14,978 bases of DNA from an uncultured Chthonomonadaceae bacterium (GCA_963835065.1 CAWIEK010000017.1:1-14978), one strand, 5' to 3'. Positions 1 to 9,780 are shown, counted from the first letter of the stretch. Numbers and translations are program-made. The notes: generated by a model from the letters alone, not told the origin.

Positions 1-1203
1 TGCTGATGTATTTCCTGCCACTTCGTTACGCGCTCGGCCAGCCCCAATCCGGCCAGGTAATCGTCCTCAATGGGTATCGCCACGCCGATCACATCACCGG
101 GATGGGCGGCGTTTTCCAGGCAGTTCGCCACATACACCGCTGTCAGCGGACTAAATTCCCCTGTCCGGCAATCCGCGGGGCGATGATGAAAGGCCAGCGC
201 TTCGACAATCGCGGGCGGCAGTCCCCACAATCCCATCAGGTAAGCGCCGACCTGCGCGTGGGTGGCGTTGAGAGTCACCATTTCGGCCTCGATCAACGGC
301 AGGTTTTCCCGTTGCGCCAATTCCAGCGTAGTGGCGTATAGGGAGGGCAGATTGGTCGCCAGCGCCAGCCTGCCACAGTCATGCAGTAGGCCGGCGGTAT
401 AGGCGTCTTCGCATAAACGCCGGTCACTATTTTCGGATTGGGCGATTCGTTTCGCCAGTTCCCCCACGCGCAGACTATGCTTCCAGAGCGATTCCGCCGA
501 CAGCATGGGCAGCAGCGCCACATCAAACTGCGCGAAGGCGTGACACGAGAGAACCAGCGCGCGCGCCGTTTCCAGGCCGAGCAGCGTGACGGCTTCAATA
601 GCGCTGGTCACGCTGCGTGGCAGGCCGAAAAAGGCCGAATTGACTAATTGCAGCATTTTGGCGGTCATGCCCATATCTCTGGCAATCACGCTGCCGATAG
701 ATTGAACCGTCGCGTCCGGCATTTGCGCGGCCTCCATCATCTCGGCGTAAAGCGCCGGCAGGCAGGGCAGCATCTCCATTTCCGTCACCATGCGCTGCAA
801 GGTCGGACTGGTCAGCAACTCGTGCAGGGCGCAGGCTTTGGCGACCGTCGCTTTCAGATGATGGATGTCACAGGGTTTGGCAAGAAAATGGTGCGTCGGG
901 CCAACCGCCTGCAAAATGGCCTCCTGATCGGAGTGGCCGGACAGCATGATCCGTATCATGAGCGGATACCGTTTCAGCGCCTGGGTCAGCAGTTGAGCGC
1001 CGCTCATACAGGGCATTCGCATATCCGTCACGATCACGTCGAAAGGCGCGCTTTCCAGGGCTTGCAGGGCTTCCGCGCCGCTGTTCACGAACTGCATCTG
1101 CCATTCGTGACGCATGGAGCGCAGGGTACGCTCCAACCCCGCCGTCACCTGCGGTTCATCATCCACAAACAGGATCTCGCTGTTTCAAGCCGCTTTCCGG
1201 CAT
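1..1203 (-). CDS. Response regulator, REC + HDOD domain (3' end runs off the window; 1-bp frameshift near 1176)
   Basis: Not in the ORF track because it has no stop in the window. Manual translation gives ILFVDDEPQVTAGLERTLRSM, VIVTDMRMP (phosphoacceptor Asp) and FLAKPCD, then HDOD motifs LPCLPALY, IARDMGMTAKMLQLVNSAFFG, AGLLHDCGRLAL, HAQVGAYLMGLWGLP. ATG at 1203 has an AAGGAG RBS and reads MPESGLKQR; removing one base near 1176 joins it to ILFVDDE. Confidence 0.9.
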
Positions 1204-2546
1204 ACGGTCTCCTTGCTTTGCAGTGGCAGGCGCAGGAGAAATGTCGTGCCTTTGCCCACCTGGGTATCGAATGAAATCTGCCCGCCGTGTTTTTCCACAA
1301 TGATCGAGTGCGCCAGGGAAAGCCCCTGCCCGGTTCCCCTGCCCACTTCTTTGGTCGTATAGAACGGATCGAAGATGCGTGAGCGGGCGGCTTCCGGGAT
1401 ACCGGTTCCCGTGTCCGTGATACGAATTTCCGCCCAATCGCCTATCCGGCAGGTGCTGAGGGTAATCAGACCCTTTTCGCCGCTGTCTTTCACCACATCG
1501 GCAATCGCGTGGGCGGCATTGATCACCAGGTTGAGGATCACCTGACTCAAATCTCCGGGCAGGCAGGGAACCGGGGGTAAATCGGCGTCGAATTCGGTGA
1601 CAACATCGGCGGTATACTTCCACTCGTTGCGGGCGACGGTGAGCGTACTGTCAATCGCGCGATTAATGTCCAGGGGCGTTTTCTCAATTGTTCCCGGATG
1701 CGAAAACTGCTTCATCGCCTGCACGATATGGGACACGCGGGACACGCCATCCAGCGACTGCGCAAGGGCTTTGGGCATTTCTTCGAGCAGATAATCCAGA
1801 TCGGCTTCCTCCACGGCGGCTTCCACTTTCGCCGCCACTTCGCTAGGCGTCGCGCCCAAACCATTTCCAAGAAGCATCTGCCGCAAAGCCGCCTGCAGGT
1901 CGCGCAATGCGGCAAACCCCTCTTCCAGAAAGCGCACGTTGTCGCCGATGTACTGAATGGGCGTATTGATTTCGTGGGCGATTCCTGCCGCAAGCTGCCC
2001 GATGCTTTCCATCTTCTGCGCGTGAACCAGTTGCCTTTCCAGCAGTTTGCGCTCCGTAACATCCGCTCCCAACAGCAAAAAGCCCAGAAACTCTTCCTCT
2101 GCTCCTGTGAGCGGCGTCAGCGTCAGGCCGAGAAATCCTTCCGAACCATCCGGGCGCGTGAACGGCACATCGTCGAGCCGAACCGGCAGCAGGCTGGACC
2201 GGCACTCCTGTAAACCCGCCACGATGCGTTCCCAACGCCAGGAAGTTGGCAACTGTTCCAATCGCTGCCCGACAACCTGTGCAGTGGACAGGCCGGAAAT
2301 GGTTTCGGCAGCCGGGTTCCACTGCGTAATGATGTGCGTGTCGCTGACGCAAATGAGAATGGAAGGCAGGGCGGCCAGCAGCGCGCTTTTGGCCTGGCTT
2401 TCCAATTTCGCCGCCGCCATCAGTTCATTGGCGCGTTCAATCGCTTCCTGAAGGTCACGGTGATAAGCGTTCGGAATCCCGGCGGCAGCCGATTCCGAAG
2501 CGGCCTCAGCCCAGGACCCGGCTTCTTGTGTAACTACGTTTTCCAC
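1185..2546 (-). CDS. Cytoplasmic PAS-domain sensor histidine kinase (NtrB-like, HisKA + HATPase_c)
   Basis: PAS-like segment (ILICVSDTHIITQWNPAAETISG...DVTERK), H-box LAAGIAHEINTPIQYI, N-box QVILNLVINAAHAI, G1 DTGTGIP, F-box IFDPFYTTK, G2 GTGQGLS. Likely start is GTG at 2546 after GGAGG; the ORF-track extension to 2663 translates a tandem repeat. Confidence 0.93.
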   Translation of the reverse strand: MENVVTQEAGSWAEAASESAAAGIPNAYHRDLQEAIERANELMAAAKLESQAKSALLAALPSILICVSDTHIITQWNPAAETISGLSTAQVVGQRLEQLPTSWRWERIVAGLQECRSSLLPVRLDDVPFTRPDGSEGFLGLTLTPLTGAEEEFLGFLLLGADVTERKLLERQLVHAQKMESIGQLAAGIAHEINTPIQYIGDNVRFLEEGFAALRDLQAALRQMLLGNGLGATPSEVAAKVEAAVEEADLDYLLEEMPKALAQSLDGVSRVSHIVQAMKQFSHPGTIEKTPLDINRAIDSTLTVARNEWKYTADVVTEFDADLPPVPCLPGDLSQVILNLVINAAHAIADVVKDSGEKGLITLSTCRIGDWAEIRITDTGTGIPEAARSRIFDPFYTTKEVGRGTGQGLSLAHSIIVEKHGGQISFDTQVGKGTTFLLRLPLQSKETVCRKAA

Positions 2547-2614
2547 GAATCGCCTCCATTGGCAGAAAAGAACAATAACAGCATTTACCGCGCCGTAAGA
2601 AAACACCCAACCAC

Positions 2615-2651
2615 CCGAACACCGAACACCGAATACCGAATACCGAACACC
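2615..2651. repeat. Heptamer tandem repeat (CCGAAYA)x5
   Basis: CCGAACA CCGAACA CCGAATA CCGAATA CCGAACA CC, directly after the TAG of the RedB-like gene. Confidence 0.95.
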
Positions 2652-3222
2652 TATAACGCGCATCCAAAAACCGGCGCATGGGACAGCGGGGCGCGTTCCG
2701 AGGTGAGCAGGGACAGGCAGGCGGCGCGTCCGGCATTGTCGCCCTCATGGCCGCGCCGGCCCGTAATGCCGCCCTGAAACAGCAGTTTTCCCGACGCATT
2801 ATAAAGCAGCGTTTCGCCGGACGTATGCGCGTGGAAACGCTGCGCTTCGTGTCCGTCCACATCTGGAGCGGCGTAACGCCCGGTATACAAGCGGCGCGAT
2901 CCCACAGATCGGTTCGCGTCCATTCCTGCCCCTCAGATTGCGGCGCAACAAACAGGACAAACGCGCGTACCCGAACTGGACACTGCGCCATCAGCCGCGC
3001 CAGTTCCGCAAGGCTGGCGCGGGTACACGGGCAGCGCGGATGCGCCAGCATCACCAGCGTGGCAAAGTGTTCTGTGCGCGGTATTCGGCTATCCACAGGC
3101 CAATTGGCGGCAGGCGCGGCAGCCACGCCCGGCGTATTTTCATAGCGTTCCAGGCAGGACATTCCCAACACCAGCGCAAGCAGCCAGAGGATCAATAGGA
3201 TCGGAAAATAAATACGGAACAT
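2651..3222 (-). CDS. redB: RedB-like thioredoxin-fold protein with N-terminal membrane anchor (frameshift near 2865)
   Basis: ORF 2506..3222 gives a hydrophobic N-terminus and LVMLAHPRCPCTRASLAEL. ORF 2651..2923 gives DGHEAQRFHAHTSGETLLYNASGKLLFQGGITGRRGHEGDNAG...APVFGCAL*. Adding one base near 2865 gives one ~190-aa protein. The motifs match my recollection of the Myxococcus RedB family. Confidence 0.75.
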
Positions 3223-3364
3223 AACAGCGTGTACCTGAATCGGCGAGCGGCAACAGACGACGACAGAGCGTATCTTCCTGACACCTGTTTAGAAATTTAA
3301 TGTTTGTTTTATTATGGATGAAGAAGTGGGTTTCATTAGCAGGCAGGGAAAATAGTAAACGCAA

Positions 3365-3399
3365 TCAGGCCGGAGTACGCGGAATGTACTCCGGCCTGA
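3365..3399 (-). terminator. Probable intrinsic terminator of the TPR-like gene
   Basis: Perfect 14-bp inverted repeat TCAGGCCGGAGTAC-N7-GTACTCCGGCCTGA, about 55 nt after the stop at 3455, followed on the minus strand by TTGCGTTTACTATTTT. Confidence 0.75.
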
Positions 3400-3454
3400 C
3401 CAGGAACACGCCAAACAACATGCAGAGACTTTCTTCCATGCGGCAACAGGATGT

Positions 3455-4405
3455 TTACTGCTTCGGCGGCGTTTGCGAGTTGGCGGCTTGCGCTTTCTGT
3501 CGCCGCTCCCAGGCGCGTTGGTTGTCGCGCTCCGTTTTCTCCCGCAGGTCCATGCGGGCAACGGTGGCATTGATTTCCGCCTGCGCCTCACGCGGAGAAG
3601 TCTGCGCCAGGCGGCTGAAGACAGCGCGGGCTTCCGTATAGCGTTTCATTTCCATCAGCAGCCGGCCCTGAATAAACTGCGCTTCCTGCGAACGCGGATT
3701 GATCTTGAGCGCCTGCTGCACGTGATCAAGCTGATACGGCAGCAGGGTGTCTTCCAGTTTTTCCAGCGTGAGGAAGCTCGTGGAGCGCGTTCCCAAAATC
3801 AGGTGCGCCTGTGCGCGCAAGCCGGGCAAATCCTCGGCTTCGGGGCTGAAGTGCGCAATGGCAAGCGTATGTTCCTGATCGCCCGCGCCGATGCCGTAAC
3901 CTTTCATGTGCCACTTCAGCAAGCCTTCATTCTGCGTATGCAGGCTGACGCTTTGCTCATACAGCGCGGCGGCTTCCGGCCATTGCTTCGTGTCCAAAAG
4001 CGCCAGCACGTACTTCATGCGCGTGGTAATATCCTGACCAGAACTGTAGCCCCTGTCCGGCGGCGGACAGACCATAGGCCGGAGTGTTTCCAGCACGTCT
4101 TTAGGACGGTTCCATCGAATGTAGATGTCGGCCAGGTATATTCTCGCGCCGGAGTCGTCGTCTGCTTGCAGTGCCTGCAGCAGCAGGGGAACCGCTGCCG
4201 TAAGATTGTCTTTGGAGAGCATCGCTTCCGCTTGTCTTCGGAACGCATCTGCCTGCTGCATGCGCACTTTAGCAGCGGCAACGCGCGCGGCATGTTCGGG
4301 CGTCTCCTTGATTGGCGGACCATAGCCCTGAATGTTCTGTGCATGTGCCATGCTTGCCGCAGCAATACAAACTACGGCTGTAGACATCCTAAAAAGACGT
4401 TTCAT
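3455..4405 (-). CDS. Exported tetratricopeptide-repeat-like protein, 316 aa
   Basis: AGGAGA RBS; Sec signal MKRLFRMSTAVVCIAAASMAHA|Q; TPR-like helices (AAVPLLLQALQADDDSGARIYLADIY; QQALKINPRSQEAQFIQGRLLMEMKRYTEARAVF). Confidence 0.8.
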   Translation of the reverse strand: MKRLFRMSTAVVCIAAASMAHAQNIQGYGPPIKETPEHAARVAAAKVRMQQADAFRRQAEAMLSKDNLTAAVPLLLQALQADDDSGARIYLADIYIRWNRPKDVLETLRPMVCPPPDRGYSSGQDITTRMKYVLALLDTKQWPEAAALYEQSVSLHTQNEGLLKWHMKGYGIGAGDQEHTLAIAHFSPEAEDLPGLRAQAHLILGTRSTSFLTLEKLEDTLLPYQLDHVQQALKINPRSQEAQFIQGRLLMEMKRYTEARAVFSRLAQTSPREAQAEINATVARMDLREKTERDNQRAWERRQKAQAANSQTPPKQ

Positions 4406-4523
4406 GTCTTTCTCCTGTTAGCTAACTTCGGACAAGTCATTTAAACACCATGCTGTTGTGCATGACCAAATTTTTCCTAATCCGGTTACGCAGGGCTACA
4501 TCCGATTGTCCTGCGGACGCAAG

Positions 4524-4551
4524 ATTGTGCCGTGTTTAAGTGTTTTGTCAA
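4524..4551 (-). promoter_or_regulatory. Possible sigma70-type promoter for the TPR-like gene
   Basis: Minus strand reads TTGACA-N16-CACAAT about 120 nt upstream of the ATG at 4405. Confidence 0.4.
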
Positions 4552-4560
4552 TCAGTCTGC

Positions 4561-6189
4561 TTAAAAGGTAATTACCTGTGTCCAGGTGGGAAGTTCCGAT
4601 GTTTTGCTGTCGGAGGTTACGTTGACCTTTCCGCTGGCTATCCACGTTTGGTTGAAGGCGAAGAACTTGGCTAAACCGTTAAGGTTCCATGCTGTCTTCC
4701 GTAACGGAACCCAGGTGGTCCCGGAAGCTCCATCTGCATCGGGGGGCCGATATATAGTATATGTTTCATATTTGTGGGTCATGCCGACTTCAGTCATGTT
4801 CTGTGTGACCGGATAGTGTAGGCTATCACTAATCTGATTTATTGTGCCATCTGCGGGAAACATGTCGCCACCATACGTAAAGTTGCGGTCTAAGCCTGTC
4901 TGGCCGTTGTTCGGAACAAAGGTTTTGACACCGTTTATGAAGTAGTATCCACCAACGGTGATAACCTGAGCCATTCGCCCACTGTCCACTGCCCTCCTCG
5001 CCTACGAACTGGATTGGGGTAACGACGGTTCCTTTCCATGTAATTCCATTGTCGTAACGGTCCCCATCGGCAATGAGGAGAGAGTTGTTGATAATGAGTT
5101 CTATGATACCAGACGTAACAATAATTCGAGTGTCTGGTTCATAGACCTGGATAACCTTCAAGGGGTTGACTTGATGCTGTCCGCCCTGCGGATCGGTGAC
5201 TGTGGCGGAACAGAAAATGACAGAATCTGTTGAGCCTTCCGCGCCGCTGAGTGAGCGATAGTACCAGGAGAGAGTGGATTGCTGTTTCATGGCAGCCGTG
5301 AGTTCGAGGGCTTGACCTGTTGTGGCCGTCACCTGGAACCCGGCAAACGGGTCTGCGCCGGCAATGCTCCACTGCCAGCTTAATTGTGGATACCGTCCCG
5401 TATCCAGACTGGCATTAAGATGCTGACCAATCAGAACACCGGGATCGGAGCCGACCGGGGTTGTGCCGCTTATTGCAATTACGACAGGCGTGGCGTCGGC
5501 GCGATAATAAACCGTAGCGCCGCCGGTTCCTCCTGTAGCCGGCGTATAGGAACCTGATCCAGAACCGGAATAGCCGCCACTGTTTCCTCCTGAGGAGGAG
5601 CCAGATGAGCCACTGGACCCCGTCCAGGAAACATCGGCTGAAGGGCTGCACGTCACATCGAACGTATCACCGGGATGGTCTTTGACCCAGTAGTGGAAGC
5701 CATAACAGGAGCCATTCTGATAAATGGTGCGGCCATCCGGGGAAGCGCTGCTGCTGTTTGTGGCGGCGGAGCCGAGGCCATTGTCGCAGTCACCGCTGAT
5801 TGTTACGCCGGCATCTGCCGAGCAGTTGTAACCGGCGCCCGATTCTTCCGCGATGATGGCCTGCGGGGGCGCCGGTTCACCCGCATAGTCCGGCATCCAT
5901 GTGAAAGTGGCGGTAATCGGGCCGCTGCAGCTAATGTCTCCCCACTGCTGCCAGGGCAGATAATTGTAGCCTCCGTAGTACCCGGCATAATTGGTGAAGT
6001 AGGGACCGGAGGAGTTCTGCCCATTCGAGGACAGTGTGAGAATGTTGCCGCCGGAATACGTCACAGCATAGTGCCCGGCGCGAGCGGATTGGACGGCAAG
6101 AAGCGTCAGGACGCCACACAGCAGGGCGCAAACACGCGACAAGCGCGGGGGGGCGAAACAGATGAGAATCGAGAACGCAGCCTTTTCAT
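4561..6189 (-). CDS. Large exported hypothetical protein (~540 aa), beta-rich with a Gly/Ser linker; frameshift near 4975 and probably at the G7 tract 6147-6153
   Basis: ORF 4829..6220 has a signal peptide (VCALLCGVLTLLAVQSARA|GHY), a Tyr/Cys-rich N-domain, a GSSGSSGSSSGGNSGG linker and an Ig/PKD-like stretch. At GSGQWA it continues in the frame of ORF 4561..4989 (MAQVITVGG...WVPLRKTAW...LPTWTQVITF*). Best start is ATG at 6189 (MKRLRSRF), which needs one more G in the G7 run; the alternative is the ORF-track start at 6220. Confidence 0.7.
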
Positions 6190-6369
6190 TCGGGAATAAC
6201 CTACTTTGCTCACAATACAAACCGATTCAACAGCAAACAAGTGGTTTGTCGGCAGTTTGGGCGGCAAGGCCGAAACAGGAAGGAACAGGGTTATTACACG
6301 AACAAGGCTCATCAGGAAGCATTGCTGTATTTATGATAGACAAATTTCGTTTCTTTGTCAATTGGTAGA

Positions 6370-6386
6370 AGCATTTATTTTGCCAT
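6370..6386 (-). promoter_or_regulatory. Possible sigma54 (-24/-12) promoter for the exported-protein gene
   Basis: Minus strand ATGGCAAAATAAATGCT has correct GG-N10-GC spacing, in an AT-rich intergenic gap, oriented toward the gene starting at 6189/6220. Confidence 0.4.
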
Positions 6387-6471
6387 GAATCGCAATTAAT
6401 TTAGCACTGAATTTTGGACGGAGAATGACACGGTCACGAAAGCCGAAAGCAACTTGCTTCAAAGGCGTTGT

Positions 6472-8506
6472 TCATTGAGCAGGCGGCAGGGTCAGGCGGA
6501 AAAGAACGAGGTCGGAGGCGGAAGCGAGCGGCTGTCCATACATGCGGGCGAGGCGCTGCGGGAAGATGTTAGCGTTGTCGGCGGGCAGGTAGGGCGGGCC
6601 ATATTCGGCAAGGGGCGCGGCGGTTGGGCTGGCGATGATGTAGCCGCTGTGGTCGCGCTGCGCGTCGGCCAGAAAATGCTCCCATGTATCCAGTCGAAAC
6701 CGGGTTTGATAAAACGCCTTGACGGTGTAACAGTAGGGATTGCAGTAGTACGTGTCGCCGAATCCGGCAACCAGGATACGGTCTTCGGGGCGCAGATGCG
6801 CATTGGCGTAGTTCCAAAGCGGCATGGGCGGCAGTTGATGGAGCAGGTACTGTTCGCGGGTTTCCCGTCCAAGCGCGACTCGCGCGGCTTCTCCCAACAC
6901 GCGGCACAGACGAACGGACGTACCACAGGCCGTTCAAAACCGTCCACGCGCCGAACGCGGCTTGCAGCCATGCGCGGCGGCTCCACAACGATTGGGTCAG
7001 GCCGAAAAACAGCAGGGCGTGAAGGCACAAAACAGGAACCAGAAAGCGCAGGTATAGTCCCGTCGTGGCAAAGGATACCAGCGTTGGACATGCGGCCATC
7101 AGCAGCAAGCGCCGCGCGTTTTCCGTCGCTACGCGCTTCCACAGCCATAGCCCCGCACACGCATAACTCGCAATCACGCCCGCCAGCAAACCAAACCGGA
7201 ACGCGGAACCCCAATGCGTATGCCCGCTGCCCCAGTTGTACAGGCGCATGTAGGTGTCAAAGGCGTGTCCGTGCGCAGCGCTCCAATCGCGGGTCGGGAA
7301 CAAACCGGGAAGCAGGGGATAAACCGGATTGCCCGTCAATTTCCAGGAACGGAGCAGCCAGGGCAGGGCGGGCATGATGCCGACGCAGAGGAACCTCATT
7401 CCAGGCGTCCATTTAGGAACACCCTCCCTGAACGCTCGTTCCTCGCCAGGAGACGGGCTATTCATTTCCCCACTATTGAGCACTCCTGCTTCACTTAGAG
7501 AGAGGCTTTTTTGTTGGTTGCCCGCTTTGACCGCTCTTCTTAAATGTTCTTCGCGCCATGTCAGGAGGGCGAAGGTCAGGACGAATAATGCGCCCGTCAG
7601 TTTGAATGCAAAGCCGAAACCGGCGCATAAAGCCGAAATTATCAGCCACCCGCTGCGACCGGAACGCTGCCAGGCAAACCACGCAATCGCCGCGCATATC
7701 ACTTCCAGGGCGATGCCTAAATCAATATAGGCATACGTGAACAGCGCCAGAACCGGCGCTTTGGGCAGGCCGAGCGCGAAAAAAGCCGCAGCCGCCAGCC
7801 CGACGCGACTGCTGTACAAGCGCCTGCCGAGCGCGTAAATGGCAAGCAGGGCCAGCAGCCCCAACGCGAAGTGAATCAATTTTGCGGCAGTGTCGCTCCA
7901 GGCGGCAAGGCCGAGCGCGTAAAGCATTTCCACGCCCATCGGGGAATTGGTATGCGTGAGCGTCGGCAGAAACTCCAGGCTGCCGGATTGCAGCCACAGT
8001 TTGGGCGCGCGCAAATGGTATGCCAGGCCATCGGCATCCGTGCAGGGGCACAGGGATTGGAAGAAAGTAAGGAGGAGGAGGAAGATATAAGATATAAGAT
8101 ATAAGATATAAGCAGGGGAGAGAGAGGAGAACGGAGAACCGGCGCGTTGCTTGAAGCCATGCCATTGGCTGCTTACCGACTTGCTGAGGGAACGGAGGAC
8201 GCGCACTATGTCCCGGCTGAATAGCAGGGTCAGGAGGGCCAGAGCGATTTCAACATTGGTGGGCGTGAGGAGGGAAAGCAGGCCGAGCAGCAGCGCGACA
8301 TTGGAAAGCAGGCCCAGGCCGACACCCGCGCATAGACTGCCCCGTTCAAGTCGCGTTAAGTCTTCTTCGGGCAGACGCAGGACGCGCAGCAGGCGCGAAC
8401 CCATTGCCGTCGCCAGCAGGCACAGCCACAGCACAAACGGCGTATCGTACTCCAGTGGAAACGCAGAAGTAGGCACGACAAACATAGCTAGGAAGGCATT
8501 AGGCAT
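6472..8506 (-). CDS. GT-C fold polytopic membrane glycosyltransferase (ArnT/PMT, family 39-like); frameshift near 6900
   Basis: Many TM segments; first-loop motif DADGLAYHLRAPKLW; YAYIDLG, GFAFKLTG, TGNPVYP, RFLVP. The C-terminal soluble domain (LGEAARVALGRETREQYL...YANAHLRPEDRILV) is in ORF 6472..6900, joined by removing one base. The true start may be ATG at 8485. Confidence 0.82.
8082..8112. repeat. Heptamer tandem repeat (AAGATAT)x4 inside the GT-C coding region
   Basis: Four exact AAGATAT units plus AAG; translates as YILYLISYIF. Confidence 0.95.
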
Positions 8507-8516
8507 TAGGCATTAG
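8494..8516. repeat. Heptamer tandem repeat (AGGCATT)x3
   Basis: Three exact units overlapping the ORF-track start of the GT-C gene. Confidence 0.9.
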
Positions 8517-8543
8517 AGACAAGAGTTAAGATACAAGCGCATG

Positions 8544-8588
8544 ACCTGAACACCCGAACACCGAACACCTGAACACCGAATACCGAAC
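8544..8588. repeat. Mixed 7/8-mer tandem repeat, same family as 2615-2651
   Basis: ACCTGAAC ACCCGAAC ACCGAAC ACCTGAAC ACCGAAT ACCGAAC, 2 nt after the TAA at 8591. Confidence 0.92.
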
Positions 8589-8590
8589 TG

Positions 8591-9763
8591 TTACCCCCGC
8601 ACCGGCGTTTTGTCCATCAGGGCGCTCATGGGCACAATGGCGACGGTGCTTTCTTCGCGGGGAATGAAGAAGGTTTTGGCGTGTTTGTCGCAGGACGCGC
8701 AGATCGCGTTGGGCGCGCGCTTTTCCAGGGACAGGCGGCGGTTTTCCTGATACTGCGCGTTGTTCCAGATTTCGGTGAACGGCTGTTCCAGCAGGTTGCC
8801 GTAAGAGAAGGATTCCTTGAAGGGAGTGCAGCAGCCGAGCGTGATTTCGCCCTCGAACGACACGCGGAACTCTTCGCCCCAGAAGAACTGGCAGCCGAAG
8901 GAACCGTTTGGGTCGGACCAGGACACGTCTTCCGAAGGGAACGATTTGGAGCGAACGCCGAGTTCAGCCATGCGCTTGCGGGCCGCGCTCAGTTCGCGCT
9001 CGTAATTGGCGTGGGTGCGCCGGTTCTGAAAACCCCAATCATAAGTGGCATAGGTGACGCAGTTGAGGAAGTCTACACCGAAGTCCGCCGCCTGCTCCAC
9101 GAATTGTACCAGTTCGCCTTCATTTTCATTGAGCAGGACGAAGTTCATGCCGATCATGGGCAACTGTGCCCCGGTTTCGCGCTTGGCCTTCATCAGCAGG
9201 CGAATGTTTTCGTGCAGGATGTCCAGCTTGCCGCCCCTGCGAACCCGGCGGTACGTGTCGGGCAGAGCGGCGTCAATGCTGATGTTGAGTTCCGTCAGCC
9301 CGCAGTTCATCAGCTTGTACGCTTTTTCCTCGTCAATCAGCATCCCGTTGGTGTAAATGCCGATTTTGCAATGGGGATGCTTTTTGCGCGTGTAATCCAC
9401 GATTTCAAAGAATTGCGGGTGCATGAACGGTTCGCCGAAGCCGTTCAGCGACAGATTCATGACATACGGAAACTGCGCCAGCACTTTTTTGTAGTTGTCG
9501 AACGTGATGTCGCCCAATTTGTACGGCTTCAGTCCAAGCGAACGCAGGCATTGAATACAGGCCAGATTGCAGCGGTTCGTCAATTCGATTTCGATGAACG
9601 GCGGCAGGCTGTTCATCACCAGCGGGCGCTCGGCCTGTTCCTTTTGCCAGAGCCGATAATTGGCAAGCGTACGCGGACGCAGCGCGAGGCCAAAAGCATC
9701 GTTCTCTTTCAATTTCCGGTAGGTTTTCACAGCCCTTTGCAATGGGTTTGACATTGTATTCAA
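8591..9763 (-). CDS. Radical SAM protein with C-terminal SPASM/twitch domain
   Basis: IELTNRCNLACIQC (CxxxCxxC), LNGFGEPFMHP, YTNGML, ISIDAA; C-terminal CQFFW...GCC...YGNLLEQPFTEIWNN...CASC. Start is TTG at 9763 or ATG at 9754. Confidence 0.93.
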   Translation of the reverse strand: MNTMSNPLQRAVKTYRKLKENDAFGLALRPRTLANYRLWQKEQAERPLVMNSLPPFIEIELTNRCNLACIQCLRSLGLKPYKLGDITFDNYKKVLAQFPYVMNLSLNGFGEPFMHPQFFEIVDYTRKKHPHCKIGIYTNGMLIDEEKAYKLMNCGLTELNISIDAALPDTYRRVRRGGKLDILHENIRLLMKAKRETGAQLPMIGMNFVLLNENEGELVQFVEQAADFGVDFLNCVTYATYDWGFQNRRTHANYERELSAARKRMAELGVRSKSFPSEDVSWSDPNGSFGCQFFWGEEFRVSFEGEITLGCCTPFKESFSYGNLLEQPFTEIWNNAQYQENRRLSLEKRAPNAICASCDKHAKTFFIPREESTVAIVPMSALMDKTPVRG

Positions 9764-9780
9764 CCTTATCCTTAAAGGGA

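Noticed and set aside
1185..1187. Selenocysteine recoding of the TGA
   Set aside because: It lies in a non-catalytic linker, no convincing SECIS-like hairpin follows, and it is a normal kinase end point.
2547..2663. Hydrophobic N-terminal extension of the kinase suggesting a TM sensor
   Set aside because: It translates the heptamer repeat and spacer, overlaps the upstream gene, and a GGAGG RBS supports GTG at 2546.
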